NCBI GenBank assembly: GCA_051294375.1
Contig: CM119271.1
Location: 16,283,606 to 16,294,670 of the forward strand
Origin: Paraspadella gotoi
Lineage: Eukaryota; Animalia; Chaetognatha
Direction of reading: 5' to 3'
DNA length: 11,065 nt
Positions within the stretch are counted from its first letter, which is position 1, and each line of letters begins with the position of its first letter. The translations under genes and the position numbers were made by a program. This document shows positions 7,546 to 11,065 of this stretch, piece by piece. The notes under the pieces were generated by a model. That model saw nothing but the letters and a program-made list of their open reading frames with translations. It was not told where the DNA came from and made no database searches.

Positions 7546-8705
7546 AATGTCAGTGTTATCATTATCATCTCCAACGTCGTTGTTGCTTTGTCCTGGTGGT
7601 CAGTGACCTGACAAAAAGAACCTAAAAATACAGCCTGATATGAAATTTATTTTATTTGATCAATCATCATTCAATGGTTAATCTGAGTGCTGATCCTCGT
7701 TGTCATTCATTAATCATCCATCAGGGTAGCTTCATTTCATTTGTTGCATTAATGGAAAAGACAAAAAAACAAACAAGTTTGAGCAAACAATGCCAGAACT
7801 GATCAGTTAATATTCAATTCAATTAATCAAATATTCAATCAATCAAAAAAATTAAGCCAATCAACAATTGTCATCGTCGATATTATCATTGTCGTGGTTA
7901 ATTAAACTCCTTTTATTCTTTGTTGTACATTGCAAAAATGCTATCTTTTATTATTTGATTTATCCCTGTTGTTTTGCTTTCTTCTCTCTCTCTCTCTCAC
8001 ATCTCTCTCTCTCTTTAACAAGTTTCACTTCTTTCACAACTCACTCAATCTGCCCTTAACCTTCAACCTGTCCTTACATCGACCACTATTTCTGTCTCAC
8101 CACTTGTTGGAGAAAAACTTTACCTCCTCTCTCTCTTTTTTTCGTCTCTCTCTCACACTCTCATTTACACAATTTATTATTTGAATGTCATATGCTGATG
8201 GAAGGCTTGAAGTAAACAAGCCAAAACATGTCAAACTATTAATTAAAAATCGTTGTATCAAATTAGAAATCTTTTGCTTTCCTAAATTAATACAATTAAA
8301 ATATTTTTATATGTTGCGGTGACTCAAAACAAAAATTTATAGAAAAAATTTGAGGGCGTGTTTTTTTGTGATAAAAAAAACCTGCTATTATCAAAAAACA
8401 GTAAAAAAGTAAAAATGATTAAAAATAATAAAATAACTAGTATTTACATTGGCCTGAGAAAAAGGTCAGCCATAACAAGATTGGGTAAAAACAGGTCATT
8501 TCTTATTTGACCACTACTGTACTATGGGCTTCACAAAGTTACAAGAGAAGACTTGCTGTCATTATAATTTCTATTCGCGTTCTCATTGTTCAAATCATTT
8601 GAGCACCCAAATGTTCGATTGTGATTATTTATAATTATACGCCGATGATATATATAAATTAATAAAATAATTTTATTTTTTTTTCAATAATTAATCAATT
8701 AAATT

Positions 8706-8754
8706 TACCGCTTAATTGGATCGTGGGGCAGACCCGGCATTGTGCTCAATTTGT
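8706..8754 (+). mobile_element. Solo 3' end of the family 2 element
   Basis: TACCGCTTAATTGGATCGTGGGGCAGACCCGGCATTGTGCTCAATTTGT resembles 4586-4634. Confidence 0.6.
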
Positions 8755-9684
8755 AAATATTATTTCAATATAATATTTTGTATTCTTAGTCTCTAAATTG
8801 AGTTTTGTGTATTATATAGGCTTATTTTTTTTTGTTTTTGTTGTCAGTGCAAAGAGGGGGAAAAAAGAAAAGAAGAAGAGACCGAAGAGAATAATTGTTT
8901 AGGAGATCTTATATCTAGTGTTTTTGAAGTATAAGAATAAATGTCATAGTATGCAATTGAAGATTTCTTCTATTAATACATACAGTAAAAATGCTCTATA
9001 TAACCTGTAAGTTTATTAAGGTTTCTTTTCGAACGTTTGTTTGTTATGTAACATTTTGAAAAAACGTTTAATGGATTTTTGTTTTAATAATAAAAAAAAG
9101 AGGAACTTAAAATTTTAAAGAAATAATTACTAAAAATTTATGAAAAAGAAATTAAATTTTTTTAGATTAGAATATCTTAGTTTTTTGATATTTTGTTTAT
9201 AGAATTCACTAAATTTTATCAAAGAGTAATTAATATTAAACTAAGATTTCAATACTCTCAATTTTTTATTATTTAGAATAATATTTAAAAAACATTTTTT
9301 TTTTTTTCATGCTCAGCATTTTTTTATTCGAATTTATATTTAATATATAAATTAATAATATAACAAAAAATTATTGTTCACTATGTAAGTTTTCTCTTTG
9401 GAAAAAATTTCAACATAGTCTTTTTCCATTATGAGCCCAAAATTTTTGAAAAAAAAAAAAATATCAAAATAGTAAGATCTCGACCAAAGAGTTAAAAGAG
9501 AAATAAAGAAAAACAAAAATAAATAAAAAGAAGAGAATAAGAATCAAACGGTGAAAAAAAAATTTAAGAACTATAATTATTACTACCCAATTTTTTAAAT
9601 GTTGAAATAAATATTTTAAAAAAAATTTTTTTTTATAACTAGAGCAAGTTGATTAAATTATGTAAGTTGACCAAGTTAGCTTAC

Positions 9685-9733
9685 TACCACTTAATTATCG
9701 TGGGAGATCCGACATTGTTTGCTCAAACTTGTT
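9685..9733 (+). mobile_element. Solo 3' end of the family 2 element
   Basis: TACCACTTAATTATCGTGGGAGATCCGACATTGTTTGCTCAAACTTGTT resembles 4586-4634, including the CTTGTT end. Confidence 0.7.
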
Positions 9734-9778
9734 TATATTTGATCAACTTAATGAAAGAATTTTTAAAAAAGAGTTATG

Positions 9779-9810
9779 GTGGATGAAAATCCACTGGATG
9801 AAAATCCACC
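9779..9810. repeat. 15-bp tandem duplication of a hairpin unit, TGGATGAAAATCCAC x2
   Basis: Exact copies at 9780-9794 and 9795-9809. GTGGAT-GAAA-ATCCAC is a perfect stem-loop. Confidence 0.85.
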
Positions 9811-10248
9811 AACCGTTCATCAGCGATGCACTTTCCGCCAACAACACATCATCGTAATCAAGACAATTTTTTAAATGAAATATTCCCTTCAGTGAAGAAG
9901 ACATCATCACGAAATGTTCCAGTCGGAATATTAGTTTTGTTTTTATTTGAAATATTAAATAATTTTCTAAATCATAATTCGTATTTAAATTTAAAAAAAT
10001 AAAAACTTTCAGTTGATTGTACGACGTACGTACATTTGCGCTATAGTCAAAACTCAAAGTATAATTTTTTATTAAAAAGCATAATATTCATTATTTTGTT
10101 TGAGTCCCAAGTTTTCAAAAGGGCTCAAACATATTAACTGTCCTTGAAAACAGTTGGTTTATGCTACTTCATCGTTTTAAATTACGATCGAGAGAAAAAG
10201 AAGGATTTTCAAATTTAAATAATGAAAACAAGATTTTAATTTGAGTTG

Positions 10249-10252
<4 letters not shown>

Positions 10253-10311
<59 letters not shown>
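10253..10311. repeat. (GA)29 microsatellite
   Basis: Perfect dinucleotide run. Confidence 0.99.
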
Positions 10312-10312
<1 letters not shown>

Positions 10313-11065
10313 AAACATTTTCCTCCATTAAAATAGACCCAAAATCTAACTATGGAAGTACATCGTGTTAAATCAAAAAACCTGGCATGATTAGTGACAA
10401 AGCAATAAAAAGTTTTTATAGATAGGTAAAATTGACTGAAATTAAGCGTAAAGGTTAGTACAAAAAAAGGCTTCTCAAAATATGCTAATTCCCTAAAATA
10501 CGAGTCTTCGCGATCTAGAAACTGTTCTTTTGTATGAATTTGAAGTAAAGACAGCCTTGGATTATTTCCTTTCGGATTTTTCAACTGTTGTAAACAAAAA
10601 CTAATTTTCTATTAAAAAAAAAAATTAAAAATATATCATCCAAACTTTACATGTTTTGTTAATACCTCATAATTCAGCTTAATATTTGTTTGTAAATTAA
10701 TATTTACATATTCATATTCTTTAACATTGCAATAAGTTTTGTTTAATATAATGTAAAGTCCAGACGACCATAAGATAAGAGAGATATTGACTTTCGTCTC
10801 GTCGTCTCTTAATCGCGATCAATCGGGATTCGTCTTCATCTTCCGTGATTAATTGTAACAGTCCGTGTTTTATAGTGATTATTATGAATATTATTGTCTG
10901 ATATAGATATTGCAGTGAAGGCAGGAGCAACTGGAATATCTATCTCTCTACCAAGACGCCAACTGGATTAGTACTTTAAAAACTTTACGTCGCCCATGAT
11001 TCCGGTCTTCAGGACGGTTTGTCCAGACATCTTCTCCCTCTCCGCTAGGTCGAGAAGGGGGTTCT

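Noticed and set aside
7868-8184. Two Leu/Ser/Phe-rich ORFs
   Set aside because: Produced by CT-rich low-complexity tracts; non-ATG starts.
9743-10057. 104 aa minus-strand ORF, and a possible hammerhead core (CTGATGA on the minus strand at ~9817-9823)
   Set aside because: The ORF has AT-driven composition and no domain; no GAAA follows the candidate stem II, so the hammerhead core is incomplete.
10177-10584. 135 aa minus-strand ORF
   Set aside because: Runs through the (GA)n microsatellite (LSLSLS), has a non-ATG start and no recognisable domain.

Overview
AT-rich, essentially non-coding eukaryotic DNA (TTAGGG-type telomeric motif, GT-AG splice-like signals, 25-N scaffold gap at 5979-6003). 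No ORF in the supplied track is a recognisable gene. The main structure is a >1.7 kb palindrome centred at 787/788 and truncated by the window start. Its arms are higher-order minisatellites in which (TTAGGG)2 blocks alternate with three ~28-35 bp spacer types, oriented CCCTAA-core-TTAGGG. The core and the outer end of the right arm carry clusters of a 12-bp dyad motif, GGCGA-NN-TCGCC, so each arm looks like a ~1.2 kb element with imperfect terminal inverted repeats, joined head-to-head. The rest is dominated by DINE-1/HINE-like (Helentron-associated) non-autonomous elements: a tandem ~294 bp pair, a head-to-head inverted pair including one apparently complete copy (3847-4634), and several fragments. 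There is also an 18-bp dyad-containing satellite next to the gap, a (GA)29 microsatellite and a few weak minus-strand exon candidates. All alignments were done by eye, coordinates are approximate to a few bases, and the organism cannot be determined.
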